Source: Asterias rubens (lineage: Eukaryota). From it: DNA of 64,000 nt. The stretch is taken from assembly GCF_902459465.1 (NCBI RefSeq), contig NC_047070.1, forward strand, positions 310,001 through 374,000, written 5' to 3'. Under the pieces are notes generated by a model. The model had not been told where the DNA came from. It was given only the letters and a program-made list of their open reading frames with translations, and did not search any database. This document shows positions 21,744-35,700 of the stretch, one piece after another. Positions within the stretch are counted from its first letter, which is position 1; the number at the start of each line of letters is the position of its first letter. Both the position numbers and the translations under genes were made by a program.

Positions 21744-24700
21744 GCAAAACGGCACCAATACTACAGTACACATGTAGTAATATAACACTTTTGAATAGAA
21801 GATCGTTTATACCCACTCCCCAAGTGATACTCGTTGTACCGTCGGTTTCCCCTTATAGAGCTGACTATACTATTACACATGCTACGGGGGTTCCTTTTAT
21901 TGTAGTATAATCATAAACAAAAATTCATATTGAATTCCCATTCTGGAATGCAACTCTGTTTCTAATAGTCTAAGTACATATAATGGTTAATTGCCCGTTT
22001 AAACGTCTTTGGTGAAAATTAGTCGCGTACATCATTTTATGACTGCAATGGTAGTACTTTAACTACTACAGTTGTTGAAAGTAAACCACAATCATTAAAA
22101 ATGACGTCTCAAAATAGCTTGCATATGAAAGAACTTGCACTTTTCTTGAGACAACTTCGATATGAGGTAAAATTGAAGCAAGCAGCCTATCAATCATTAT
22201 ACGCAAATTGAGATAATATTCAACCGAGTTCATCACCCATTTCTAGATCTGAGATAGTAAGTGATGAAAAGTGCATCTTTAAACAAATGATAACATGTTA
22301 TGATGGCTACCTAAACATCGCCTGTACCGTACAGGCATAAATCCATTCATTCACAAACATGAAACACTCCGATTACTAGTACATCGACCCATCCAGAAAC
22401 AAGAGACTCTCTTTCCAACTACACTACCCCTGTCATCGTAGTAGTAATTTAGGTCTATATTTGTCAGCAGCTTCATCAAGTTTTAAACAAACTATCCACC
22501 TGTGATATGTTGTCCAATCTGAAGGGGTAAATATAACTATAATGACAGAGTGTATATCCTGCTCTCTAATCACTGTAACTGGTGAAGGATTAGTATTCGG
22601 TATATTTCTAGAACTGTCGAGGTATTGAGTTACTCCGGCTGATATTTTAAAGGGTTCGTTTCGCTGGAACAGGTTTACATTTAAGAACAAAATGGGTTTC
22701 ATATTGGACATTTCCGGGTACATGTCTACCTTCTCTAACGATGATCTCATCAACCCATGGTTGATAAAACAGAGACAATAAACTTGCATGCAATGGTTAA
22801 ACTAATCAATAATACCAATTACTAATTCATACAGCGTTTAGCATGTGTACAATGGATAATCCTCAAGGATTTGTAAAACTAGGCGGAGAGAAGAAACTGT
22901 TTTACAGATCTTGAATATCATAAAAACGTAGCAACTTCGGCCTACTATAAGACAAATATATTTAAGTGTTCACGATGTGACGTTACATATTCAAGGGGAA
23001 AAATAACTAGTGAATAAGCTACATTATAGTAGGCATACAATGTATTTTTTCCAAGTTTTATTCTTTAATTTATTTTAACTTAATTAACCTTAGCTCATCT
23101 TTAACTGTTTGAAGCTATATAAGTGCATTTCGTTATTATTATTATTTTTTGTATTATAATTATCATTATTAACTTTATGAATTAAAATTTAATTACAATT
23201 TGAAATTGTAGTTAATTTTTAATTTTATTTAACCGAGGGCACCACAGACTAGCCAGAATAAATTAAGTACCATTGATGTTTAGATAACTTAATTACGCGG
23301 GCATTTAAGATAAGAAAGATGTACACAAATTAAGGTTGGGTGAGACATAAGGGTTTATCCTTACTCCTTTAGCATCATTAGAAAACACTGAATCCTGTGG
23401 GATTGTATTCCCCTCCTAGGCATTATTTCCCATGGTCTAATGGTGTCTAATTTCAACTGAAGGTAAGTTATTTGCGTATCATTACAAGCTAGTTATAGAG
23501 GACAGATCGATACCGAGTCCAGTTAATATTACACAAGGATTGTCTCTTCAGGATTGCCTCTTCAGTTTGTCCTATCTAGGTTTACTCGCTGAATGAAGTC
23601 TCTATAGCAAACACACAACTAAACTGTGTTTAAGGGACAACCAATAAAGTCCACGTTGCTTTAACTTAAAGGCAAAGTATACCTATGGCTTTTGCAACAT
23701 GAAAATATACAATAAAACTAACATCTGAAATTCGCGTATTTGAGAAATATTGCCAAAAATCCAGAGCGAATATTCTGTCCACAATAAAGCCTAATAGGTA
23801 TACACAATCTGAGAAACGTTATGCCGTAACGCTTCTCGGTTTCACATTTTGGGTGAAAACTTTACCTAAACCACGAGACTTCCAAGTTAAATGTTTCTTA
23901 AAACGCTTTATACTTTCAAACACTGATGTCGGCTATAAGTGTAATAAAGTTGATAGTTGTTTATTTGAATATACCAGTGTCACAAGTATAGTTCGTAAAA
24001 TGGGATTAATTACTATAGTGATAAATACTGAACGAACTGTCATGGCACTTAATATAATGTCACTTATACACATTGAACAATCACATTTAAACCTGCCACA
24101 GAGTCTAAAGCATGTACATCTGTGTAGCGGTTATGTAACTCAGATAATTACCCTATTTAAATGCGTTAAATAGATTTTGGCGGGGAAAATGGCCGCCATC
24201 TTGAATTTCTTTGTACTCATAATGTTTACAAACAATGCAGTGACCATTCCCATGAAAAAAAATTATGTGAAAAAAATTAGATTTATATTTGTATAAGGTG
24301 TGCATACGTATTTTAAGGGAACACTGTAATTTTTAATTTATGCAAATTATTCATATTTCCCCTGCTTACTTTTTTCTACTTTTTGGATATGTCGTTAAAG
24401 AGGGTTTCAGGAGACACATCATTTCTGTTGCACTAGGTCAAACCATAGACTGACTAGACTAAAAGTTCAGCAGCAGAGTGTGAGACGGCGTGTTTGCCGT
24501 AAGTTAATCTATAGATTCATGAGTGTTAAGATGAGTTTTATCGGAAGAAGAGCGGAGTTCGTGATAACCAAAGATGTATGCACCTTCCGAATAAAGTCAA
24601 CGTTGCGCATTTACTTCACCAATGCCAAGTGAACATAGATTATGTTTAGTCATGGTGGTGTGTATTGTGACCCAACATGACCAAACCGGGTTTTGAGCCG

Positions 24701-24953
24701 GAGTAGTCGGAGCCTATTGGAAGTATTACAGACTAAAATCCGGAGTAAACATATCCACGCAGGAAGAATAATCCGTATATAAATAACACGTGTCTTATAA
24801 GAGTTTTCTTGTAATTCAAACTTAACAAGTGATGTTTTTTCATAACCGCGTTTGAACTTGAAGTAAAATGTTTCTGGAAATGAATGATAGTATCCAAAAC
24901 TGATGTGTTTAATGTCATTCATGTTGAGCAGAGTCATTACCAAACGAGACCCT

Positions 24954-25320
24954 TTAAAGGCAGTGGACACTATATTAGCATAAAACCTTACTTTGTAACG
25001 AGTAATGGGGTGAGGTTGGTGGTACAAAACATTGTGAGAAACAGCTCCCTCTGAAGTGGAGTAGTTTTCGAGAAAGAAGTAATTTTCCACGAATTTGATT
25101 TCGAGACCTCAGATTTAGAACTTGAGGTCTCCGAATCAAGCATCTGAAAGCACACAACTTCGTGCGACAAGGGTGATTTTTTCTTTCATACTTATCTCGC
25201 AACTCCGACGACCAATCGAGCTCAAATTTTCACCTGTTTGTTATTTGATGCATAATGTTGAGATACAGCAAGTAAAAAGAGAGGTCTTTGACAATTACCA
25301 ATAGTGTCCACTGGCTTTAA
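24954..25320. mobile_element. Kolobok/T2-like MITE, main family
   Basis: TTAA-AGGCAGTGGACACTAT ... ATAGTGTCCACTGGCT-TTAA. Confidence 0.87.
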
Positions 25321-25396
25321 TACGGTACAATACACAGTGTTTACTACTTCTGTATTTGTTAATACATAATTTGTTCAGGTAAAAACTGCTAACCTC

Positions 25397-25542
25397 GGCA
25401 TAAAGTAGCAGAAATAAACGGGTTGATAGTTAGGAGGAAGTACATGGACAAAAATCACTTTATAGCCTAGGCATAAAGTAGCAGAAAGAAACGGGTTGAT
25501 AGTTAGGAGGAAGTACATGGACAAAAATCACTTTATAGCCTA
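25397..25542. repeat. Direct repeat, 73 bp x 2
   Basis: GGCATAAAGTAGCAGAAA... at 25397 and 25470. Confidence 0.85.
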
Positions 25543-26040
25543 GGTGTTTTGACTCGATGGGGAAAGAGTTTTTACAAAACCAGCCAACCATTAGAGGTCA
25601 AACTAACAGGACTACTATAATTCTATTTTGTTAGTGGTGGTTGTTAACAACAAGCATTCACACTGACACGAAAAGGGAAAGGCCCAGGGAAAGGCCCTTG
25701 AATGCCAAGGTACTGGTAGGTCTACATGTATTGTTATCAAACCATGAGGTTTACATTAAAGCAGACTCAATTATGCCAGTTAACCATACACTATAAGCTC
25801 CCACCCCCACATAATCTAATCGCTATAGGTATACATTGAATACATGACAATAGTGCGATGATAGTGCAAGTTCGTTTGAAATCGTAATAATGCAGGTCGC
25901 CGCAACCATTGAGGTAGAACTCTATTTCTACCTCGATGGTGTAACCGGTTTATCATTACAAAATAACAAGTCTAGTGTTTTTCACCTTCCAAACTATGTG
26001 TAGTCATTAAATGTTTTTTTTGTGTGGAAAGAATCTATAA

Positions 26041-26430
26041 ATCAATCAACCAATCAATCGTTAAATTTTTAAGGCGCTATAATCCAACAGTCGTTGCTCA
26101 TGTAGCGCCGTACAGTTGGCTTTCGAAAAAAGGTGAGATTTAAGCAAAGTTTTGAAATTTTCTAAAGAAGAAGATTGCCTGATGTTCTGAGGAAGATGAT
26201 TCCACATCCTTGGTGCTGCGATAGAAAAGACACGATCCCCAAAACTGTGGGTTTTTTTTAATGAGAAAAATTGCCCTGGGACAAAAATGCAGATTTCTGA
26301 CAGATTCTTTGATGGACAGTGAGATATGAAGGGGCTGAGGCATTGAGGCAGCGAAACACAAATAGGAGGATCTTAAATCGAGAGCGTGGCTCAAAAGGTT
26401 GATAACAGCAGAAGGAAAACAAAATGTAAT
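26041..26430 (-). mobile_element. Decayed L2-type LINE 3' fragment
   Basis: Frameshifted RFKILL...APSYL and DRVFSIAAPRMWNHLP motifs; (TTGA)n-like tail. Confidence 0.75.
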
Positions 26431-26450
26431 GGAATGTAATGTGTAATTGT

Positions 26451-26669
26451 TTAACTCTCCAAATGGTGTATGCACGCATGTATTCGCTGACCATTAACTC
26501 TCCAAATGGTGTTATGCACGCATGTATTCGCTGACCATTAACTCTCCAAATGGTGTTATGCACGCATGTATTCGCTGACCATTAACTCTCCAAATGGTGT
26601 TATGCACGCATGTATTCGCTGACCATTAACTCTCCAAATGGTGTTATGCACGCATGTATTCGCTGACCA
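26451..26669. repeat. Tandem repeat, 44 bp x 5
   Basis: TTAACTCTCCAAATGGTGTTATGCACGCATGTATTCGCTGACCA; the first copy is 43 bp. Confidence 0.93.
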
Positions 26670-27014
26670 TTAATGTTTTGATTGGGCATATTGATGTCAG
26701 TCTACATCCAGTTATCAAAAAGGAAGCGGACAAAAACTTAATTGTTTTTTTCTTTTAGTAACCAAACGTCGACAATGAGCCTATTTGAATATAAAAGACA
26801 TTATTTTGTGATTGTATGTAGGGTTGTCATTAAGGGAGGGTCTATAAATATGTACACGTACGCTCGTCTCAGTGATTGCATCGCTTGAATTGGTGAGTCC
26901 TTCACGATCAACCAATAACAACTTTTAGAAAAAATGGTGAACAGACAAAACCTGTTGTCTGTTCAACATTTTTGCAAAAGGTTTTTCTTTGTTAATGTTT
27001 TGCAGCACAACTTT

Positions 27015-27350
27015 CAACACAACATTACATTGCCTATAGTCCAGGAGCCAAACCCCCAACACAACATTACATTGCCTATAGTCCAGGAGCCAAACCCCCA
27101 ACACAACATTACATTGCCTATAGTCCAGGAGCCAAACCCCCAACACAACACTACATTGCCTATAGTCCAGGAGCCAAACCCCCAACACAACACTACATTG
27201 CCTATAGTCCAGGAGCCAAACCCCCAACACAACACTACATTGCCTATAGTCCAGGAGCCAAACCCCCAACACAACATTACATTGCCTATAGTCCAGGAGC
27301 CAAACCCCCAACACAACACTGCATTGCCTATAGTCCAGGAGCCAAACCCC
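27015..27350. repeat. Tandem repeat, 42 bp x 8
   Basis: CAACACAACA(T/C)TACATTGCCTATAGTCCAGGAGCCAAACCCC; accounts for the repetitive ORFs at 26925-27353. Confidence 0.95.
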
Positions 27351-28486
27351 TAAATTTAGGTAAAGCGTGACATTGAGTACGATTAAGATTTTTTTGCAGA
27401 AATATGTTCTTCAAGGTGTCTAGTATGCAATTCCGATGCATGACCAGCTGGCAGGGTTGAGCATTTTTGTTTTTATTGCAAAAAATCACTTTTCCCATGT
27501 GTTTGTGTACAAACGCTCATCAATGTGTTTTATATGATAGAACTCTTCACATGTTTTCTCGACAAGGAATACTTTTAGGTGTGTACTAACCAGATATTAC
27601 ACGTAGATATTATTTCTGACGTGGTTAATAATATTATTTATTTACTTTTACCTCACTATGGTGAAATTACGTAGGCCTACTCAATAGGTTACTATGTTTC
27701 TGATCTGACCTTTGACCTGGTGCAACATTTCGCAACATTTCTTTAAATTTTTAACAAACGCTCATCAGAATCTCCTCTGACCATGGTATCCCTTACTTCA
27801 TCTCATCTCAACAGTCACAGTTGAATGGTGATTCTGGCTAGAGTTGATGGCATTGGTCGAGACTAAATTTGTTTATTGAGATAATTACACCACTGTGTAA
27901 TTATAGTTAAATATGACACCACAAAACTTTGCTTATGATACACACACCCCAAAAACTGCAAGTAATGGCTTGATATATTGGCATGTATCATGTTTTACTG
28001 AGAAGCGGGGCGACTGGTATATTATGAAGGTCAATTATAACATAATGTTGTCCCCCTTAGGCATTTTTTTTTAAGGGTAAACCATTCATGTTGAACTATT
28101 TGTTTTACAGTTAACTCATGTTATAAATACATAAATACAAAGTAACCTATTGAGTCTGTAATTTCACCAAAGTGAGGGTCAAAGTAGATATCTAATATTA
28201 TTAACCACGTGTCTGAATTAATATCTACGTGTAATATCTGGTTAGTTCGCTCCTAAAAGTATTCCTTGTCAAGAAAACATGTGAAGAGTTCTATCATATA
28301 AAACACATTGATGAGCGTTTGTACACAAACACATGGGAAAAGTGATTTTTTGCATTAACAAAAAATGCTCAACCCTGCCCGCTGGGCATGCATCAGATTC
28401 TTAAAAGGGACCCCCTGGAGGACTTATTTCAGCAAAAATGTTAGTTGTACTCAATGTCACGGTTCATGTCCAGTTCTCCTGGACTA
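27331..28486. mobile_element. ~1.15-kb non-autonomous element with ~300-bp TIRs and TAG...CTA ends
   Basis: 27366-27636 is the reverse complement of ~28192-28462; an outer 11-bp TAGTCCAGGAG / CTCCTGGACTA match also exists. Confidence 0.8.
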
Positions 28487-29324
28487 TTAGGTTTTATAGG
28501 GAAATGAAACACTCATAAAACCATATTTGTTTAAACCCTGATGCATAGTAACTTGACTATGAAGCAACTATTAGTTACTATTGCTAGAATCAGAACAAAC
28601 TTGTTGAATAGATCTTTATATGAAGTCACCATTTTAGCAAACATAAAACTACTGCATAGTACTGATATGATTCGGATAAGATTGAAATTGTTCACCATAC
28701 AGACAATACAATTAAAACAGACCACCCATAGTCATGGTTTAGGTAAGAATTTTATTACATGTCCATGTACTGCTTGATTGCTTTCATTACATCATAATAA
28801 AACCCATTAAATTTAACTGAATTTTGAAAATAAATTGAACTGAATTTTGAAATGATTTTATAGCTTTTTCCTATGGTGGAAGTTAAATTGACAGTGAGCC
28901 AACAATCAGTTCCTCCGGTTCCTCTCAAACACTGCTCAAAAGAGATTTACTCTCAAACCACACCTTATTATACCCCAACCAGTAAAAGAAGCAAATCCTA
29001 CTTACAAAGTAATCAGTAACCATTGACTACATAGCAAAGGTCTTTTTCATGCAGAAAATTCCATGCATATAAAAGATAACTTTTCAATATTAAATATAAA
29101 AAGACTTTAAAAATAAGTTGATTGGGTTGCCGACTTTTATTCTAAATTACTTAAATTTTACTGCGACTTATTTTCCTTACTATAGTCTTCTTTATTTTTC
29201 AGATTAAACATTTCACTAATAAAATGTAAAAAACACAGCATCGACAGTTACTCATCTACAATAACAAAGATTCTGAGTAATATTTACAAACCCTTATCTT
29301 TAGACATGGGCATTTCATTTGACA

Positions 29325-29696
29325 CGTTTGGTAATATTGCTAAATGTTGGTGTGTCCCATCATATGCCCCCCGACGCCCCACCCACCCCCCCCCCCAAAA
29401 AAAAAAAGCTGTGAAAACTGGGCTAATTCGGTCATTGAAGTTGCAAGAGAATAATGAAAGAAAAACACCCTTTGTTGCACAAAATTGTGTGCCTTTAGAT
29501 ACCTGAGAAAGGCTTCAGGCCAGATGTCTTTCTCATATTCAAATATTTTAGTGAGAAATTACCTCTTTCTTTAAAATTACAGAACTTGAGAGGGAGACGT
29601 TTTAAACTATCAACAGCTCTTCTTTGCTCATTACCAAGTAACTTTTTATGCTTATATATAATTTGAGTAATTACCAAGCATATCCAGTTTCTTTAA
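29325..29696. mobile_element. Degenerate Kolobok/T2-like MITE just past the haspin stop
   Basis: GACACGTTTGGTAAT ... AATTACCAAGCATATCC and the family core GAGAATAATGAAAGAAAAACACCC. Confidence 0.7.
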
Positions 29697-29730
29697 GACC
29701 TGAACTATTTCATCTTGCCTGTTTCTTGGA

Positions 29731-32700
29731 TCAACGTTGACCTAGTTCTAACAGCTCACTTTCCTTAATCACATCTTCAGTTGACATAAATCCAAGAAGG
29801 TGTCGCCCAAGGCTACGTAGCTCCCTCATTAAGGATCTCTGAGTTGGGTCTGATTTAGCTCTTGAGTACGCTTTACTATTCAGAAGCTTGTCCACTAGGT
29901 AGTGTAGCCAGAGAACATTGGTGTGAGGGTTGTAGGGCTCCCAATCATTACTGTCAACAGGATATTAACACAAGAAGCAATTTACAAACTCAATCAAACA
30001 TCTCAATTTCTTCTTTCAAAGTGTGATTCTTTAATGACATTTCTATTTAAGTGGTGGTTTTACATAAGGACTGGTTACAATATCCAATGTAGGGAATACA
30101 AAGAGCAATACTAAACAATGGACTCTGTCTACTTAGTAGTCACAATAAAAAAAACAGATACAATAATAATAGCGAAGTCTTATATTTAGCGCATGTATCC
30201 AGCAATATGCTCAAACTCAAGGCAAACCTCTTCACTTGCAGACAAGTGAGTAAACTGGGTTCTTTTTATGTGCATATACAACGCACAGAACCTATGACTT
30301 TATGCCTCATCTGAAGGATGAATCAAATGGTCAAGTGTCCTGCTGAAGGACGAAAGTGTTAAGACAAAGACTTGAAAACAAACTCTTCTGATCAGAAACA
30401 ACAAAGCTTGAGTACAGTATTCTTGGCAACTTGGCCACACCATTATTCCATTAATGCCATTGTCTCTGTACTTACTCATTTTCATCTTTCATTCTCCGAT
30501 AGACTTCAAACTGAAGATCACCCCGTCCAGTAAACAATGTTTCATCACTTGATAAATCACAATACACTGTGCAATCATCTAAAGAAAGATAAAAGAAAAG
30601 TCGAAGAAAATTGGTTTAAAAAAAGAGCATAATTTATAATTTTTGAATTGATATTTCTCTTAAAAGATGGAAGATCATAGGATGAAGGGAAACATGCACC
30701 AGGCAAGGAGTTCCAAAGAGATGCAGTACGAGGGCAAAAGCTACTGGAGTAGATTATAATATTCCTGTTCAGTATAATCTACACAAAAAGTAGTTGTGTA
30801 TGGCTGACAAGACTCGAAATTACCAAACCACATAAAGGAGTTGCGCAATGTTCTTTTAATTTAGGGGATTTAATTTTCAATTTGAATCAAGAAAGCCAAA
30901 CATCAAGGCTCAATTTCAGAAAGATCACAATATTACATAGATACACGATGCCAGTCACATCAAAGAGTACACACCTGGGACCTTTCTCAAACCTCGGCTT
31001 GGGCTCCAGGCTCCGTCTACTGATGTTCGAACCGCTGCATGCAATTCACGCTGCTCCAATAATGCAGGTTAAAGGCCAAGCTGCGCTTCCACTGCATACG
31101 CAGCACGCGGAGTCTAAGCCTGAGCCCGCGCTCAAGTAGAGGCTTAAGAAAGGGCCCTGTTTCTAGTTGCTTAATTTGTACCAGTCAAAATGCATGCAGT
31201 GTGTATTGCTTTAAGACTTGTCCCAGACAAAACACCAAGGATACATTCATATTGGCTTTTAGACTGTATATTTGTTATATCTATATTTCATCATCATGCC
31301 GACAACAGAAAAACTAGTAGGTAAAAGAATGGCAATAATGGCAATCAAAAGATCCAATTTAAAAGAAAAACATCCATATCCCATTGAGTCACAAAGTATT
31401 AACCCCTATGCACCAACGCAACACATGGATACTGTTAATCACACTCATCACTACGGGAAAAATGCATTATGGGTAAGTGTTTAAACACTGTGTGACCTAA
31501 AATGCACACACTGTACCACACACGCTCTCTATTGTATCCCTGTGGAGACATCTTTTGTTCTTTTCTTTGTCCCTGTTAAAAGACCTCTGATAGACTTAAA
31601 CATTTCCTTGTGGAGTAACCCAGTCTTTAGAACGCCCCAATGGAAACCTTTTGTGTTCCCCCTTTTTTTTCCAGGTCTCCTTGAGGTAGTAGTGAACATG
31701 AAATCACAAGGACAACAATTCCCAAAATGACACAACCAAGATGGTTATGGTGATGACGTTAAGTAAACTGAGTTTAACATCTGGTATATCGTTGCAGTAA
31801 CCGCTGCTGAAACAAAGGATTCAAACTGCTTCGCGCTACCAGGCAATCTCTGTGATCTAGTTGGTGAGACACTGCTATAGAATTGAAAGGGTCTTGAGTT
31901 TGAATCCAATCCGAGTAATATGCCTGTGTTTTTTTTTCTTCTCACAGGACTCAGTGTATGGTTAAACCCAATTTAATAACATTTATTATTAACTGCATTA
32001 AACATTGAGTTCCTGGCTGTGGCTGTTGTATGCGCCGTAGCACCTTTTAAACCTTTTTAAGGTGCTAAATAATTGTGTCTCAGAGTTCATCACTGCAATA
32101 ACCTATCTTTTTGAAAGATTGTATATACTCAGCGCCTTGAGTACCTTGTTTGGTAGAACCGTGCGCTATATAAGACTTTGATATTTTTGATATTATTATT
32201 AATACACAATGGGAAAACAACTCCCAAAAATGCTGCAACCAAGATTATAAAGTCAGGTAAATGAGGTAAATGCTCGGTTCTTTTGAGCACACATGTTCAG
32301 AAAGTTGAATAACATTTTATTGGGATGTGCGCTTTGTCTTCTAGTTCTGTTAAGAAAAGAAAAGGACTTTTACCTTTTCTGAGTCGAGACAGAGTGAAGT
32401 CAATCATTCCAACCTGTACTCCATGAGCTTCAATCTTAATCTCATCTCCATTAAGATGAAACCTTATTGTCTTCTTAGATGTAGGTAAGATAAGGATATT
32501 CCCCCAATGGAGATCTCGATGTTCAAACTCCAATGCCTGCTCTGCTACAGCTAAAGATGAGGCTACCTGCTGTAGAATACTAACAGCTTGATGGATAGTC
32601 TCAAGCTTCGGTCAGAAAAACAAAACAAAAAGAAGGGTCTTTCATTAAAAATTATGATAAGTTTTATGTTTCAACTTCCAGGGATGTGTAAGCTACAAAT

Positions 32701-35700
32701 ACCAACTATAGAAGGAACTGTTCATTAAATCAAAACAAAGGCGGGCCTAGAAATAACATACAGCAATCGTGGTGGTGCCCTTTGCAAAGTTCAAATACAA
32801 ATTTACATTTTCCATAGATGGGCGCCTTACAAGAGCAAAAAGTGCTGTGCCCTTTCAAGGGCAGTTCAAGCCCTAAAAAGGTGCATCGTACTAAATAGAG
32901 AACAACTCATGCGCAGAATAAAAAGTAAACCCACAATGTTTTCTGTGAATTCAAGATTTGAAGGTCACAACTCTTATGGATTGATGGAACATGTTGGAAA
33001 ATTATGCCCCACGGAGTCAGCTGGGGTTGTGGGCTTTCAATTTGGAACTACTGGGGTATAGCCCTCTAACAAGGACTCTATTTTGCTTAAAGGTGTGGGA
33101 GTATTTTTCCAAGTTGGAGTCTAGTCAGTGTAATCAATCAAGGGTGGTTTTATTTTCGCTTAGCCAAGCTCAACCCCTCCCCCCCCAAAAAAAAAAAAAA
33201 AAACTCAACCCCTCCCCCCCAAAAAAAAAAAAAAAAAAAAAAAAAAAATGAAGTTCAGGTGTCAGAAAAAAAGTTTAAGATTAAGATAAAAATAAGATTT
33301 CAAGAGGCTCTGGGAAACTGTGAAATATTTTTTTTGAAATATTTGAAATTTAGCATTGGTTGCTATGGGAGAGTTTATATGTGCACCCACAAAGAGTAAG
33401 CAAATATTGTTCACACAGAGTTGTTGGGACTTGCTAATATTGTTTCCCTTTTACTGAAGAACCCCCTGTGGGGATAGAGTTTAACAAAGAAAAACGCTGT
33501 TCCATTGAAAACAGTACATGTATGTCATGTATGTACATGCCTACCCAGTATATCTTCAGTCCCCTATGTTACATACAATCATCTCACCAGAGTAAAACAT
33601 TGACTAAAAGGTGAGAATGAAGAGTTTTAAACTAAATTTCATCTACTAATCAAAATGTTTCAAGGTACAAACTCACCGTCTTACTTTCCAGATCAGCACC
33701 TCCATCAGCAAACTCAAACACAATGAACAGCTGACCATCGCCAAATACATCTGGGCAAAACAATTAGTATTAATCCAAACGTTATAACATCAAATTTTGA
33801 AATGTGAACTTTCAAAAGTAAAATTCTCTGTTTTTAATGCAAGTTTCCATCAAACAAGAATTAAAAGCCACTCTCGGTAAGAGGCTAAAAGAAAAAGAAA
33901 ACATTTAAGATAAAAATAACTCAAGGGAGCTGAAGGTAGGAATTGATATTCCTCTTATAACAGTCTAGATTGTATGATGGAGGGAAACAATCCCAGGCAA
34001 GGAGCTCCAAAGAGATGCAACTTGTGAAATAAAGCTGTTGGAATGGCTCTTTGGTTCTACAGCTATCCTTGATAAATATATTACAATTTAGGAAGCATTA
34101 AAGGCAGTGGACACTATTGGTAATTGTCAAAGACTAGCCTTCAAAGTTGGTGTATCTCAACTTAAGCATAAAATAACAAACCTGTGAAAATTTGAGCTCA
34201 ATCGGTCATCGAAATTGCGAGATAATAATGAAAGAAAAAACACCTTTGTTACACGAAGTTGTGTGCGTTTAGATGGTTGATTTCGAGACCTCAAGTTCTA
34301 AATCTGAGGTATCGAAATCAAATTCGTGGAAAATTACGTCTTTCTCTAAAGCTATGGCACTTTAGAGGGAGCCGGTTCTCACAATGTTTTATACCACCAA
34401 GTTAGGTTTTATGCCAATAACTATTTTTAGTAATTACCAATAGTGTCCACTGCCTTTAAACTTAAAGAATTTAACAGAGAATTGCATATCTATTTGCATT
34501 ATACATCTTTAGACTCAGTGCTATATAAGGCTGTTATTGCAAGTCCATACTAGGTTTCATACTCATAATAATCAAAAGGTTTTCAAATGAAAAATGAGTA
34601 ATTCTTTGACATTTTTTTTTAAGTACATGTTTGTCTTGGAAACTGAATGTATCTTTATACCAGCAATATCTTAGCAGACCAATATTGATGACTTACAAAT
34701 GTACCAAGATGGCTGAGCACTAAAATAGGCAACAGCAATATGATGAAATCCATACAAAATGCAGTAGTAACCTAACGTAATATTTAAATGAGAATTAAAA
34801 AAGAAACCTGAAGGTGTTTTTGTACTCACCTGGTCTGTCATTTTCTGATGCTTTTCTTGCCTTGTATTCATCCCATAGAGTGAGTAGTCTATCAGGGTAG
34901 CTTCCTTGAACACATGATACACTATTGACTTGAATAAATCCACCTGTAGAATTAATACCTCGTTCCTGTAAACCACTCAACTCCCTGATTCAAATATGAC
35001 ACAAATCAAGTTTTACAAGAATTTTTTATTAATCTCAATGCAAGTGCACAATAAAACATCGGAAAGACCCTTTTTCAGGATAAACAACGGAGATACACCT
35101 GACCTGAAGGACTTAAAAAAGGTAAGTTCCTTGGGATTTAAAAAAAGCAGTGCACTGCAGTGGTGTATAAGCGAGACATTTTCATTGGAAAGTGTAATAC
35201 TGTACAAAACTTTGTTGATGCAGATAGTGATAGTCTTTACACACTCAATGAAAGTTCACACATACAAGACACCAACCCAAAACTCATTCCTCCATGTCCT
35301 ACCATCGCCTCAACAGTCAAAACATCAGGCAAAGGGAATGATGCAAGACAGCCTTGCAATCAAGACTGCCTAGTGCCCTCTACCCGTTACACCACTGGGG
35401 TTAAGGGTCAAGACATGTATCAATGGACAAACCTTGATATGACAATCTCAGGAAGAATCTCCTCAAAAGACTTCTGTGGTTCACTGTTGACTTCAAAGTC
35501 TCCTTCGATTGGAATGATCTACAAAAGCAACAACAACATTAGTAAGACAAACATAAAGTTGCATGTACATGTACATGTTTACATATACTTCTTATTTCGA
35601 TTTGTGTTTCAACAAAAAACAATTTGCTACAGCAGGATTTGAACCAACAATACTACTTATAACAAAAACCGTTTTTATGTAGCGCTTTTCACGCCAGAAG

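Noticed and set aside
24185-24215. YY1-like AAAATGGCCGCCATCTTG as a promoter
   Set aside because: Sits in MITE-like sequence with no adjacent exon or donor evidence.
24650-25304. ORFs of 60-146 aa here and similar ones at 8400, 14924, 21644 and 49830-50157
   Set aside because: They fall inside non-autonomous TTAA MITE copies and show no transposase motifs.
26925-27353. Repetitive ORFs on both strands (QHNITLPIVQEPNP etc.)
   Set aside because: By-products of a stop-free 42-bp tandem repeat; no splice or start context.
30880-31800. Possible decayed CR1 endonuclease region
   Set aside because: Only faint GDFN-like similarity with many stops; not enough to call boundaries.
34996-35642. Plus-strand ORFs of 125 and 160 aa
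   Set aside because: Antisense to haspin intron/exon sequence, with no recognisable motifs.
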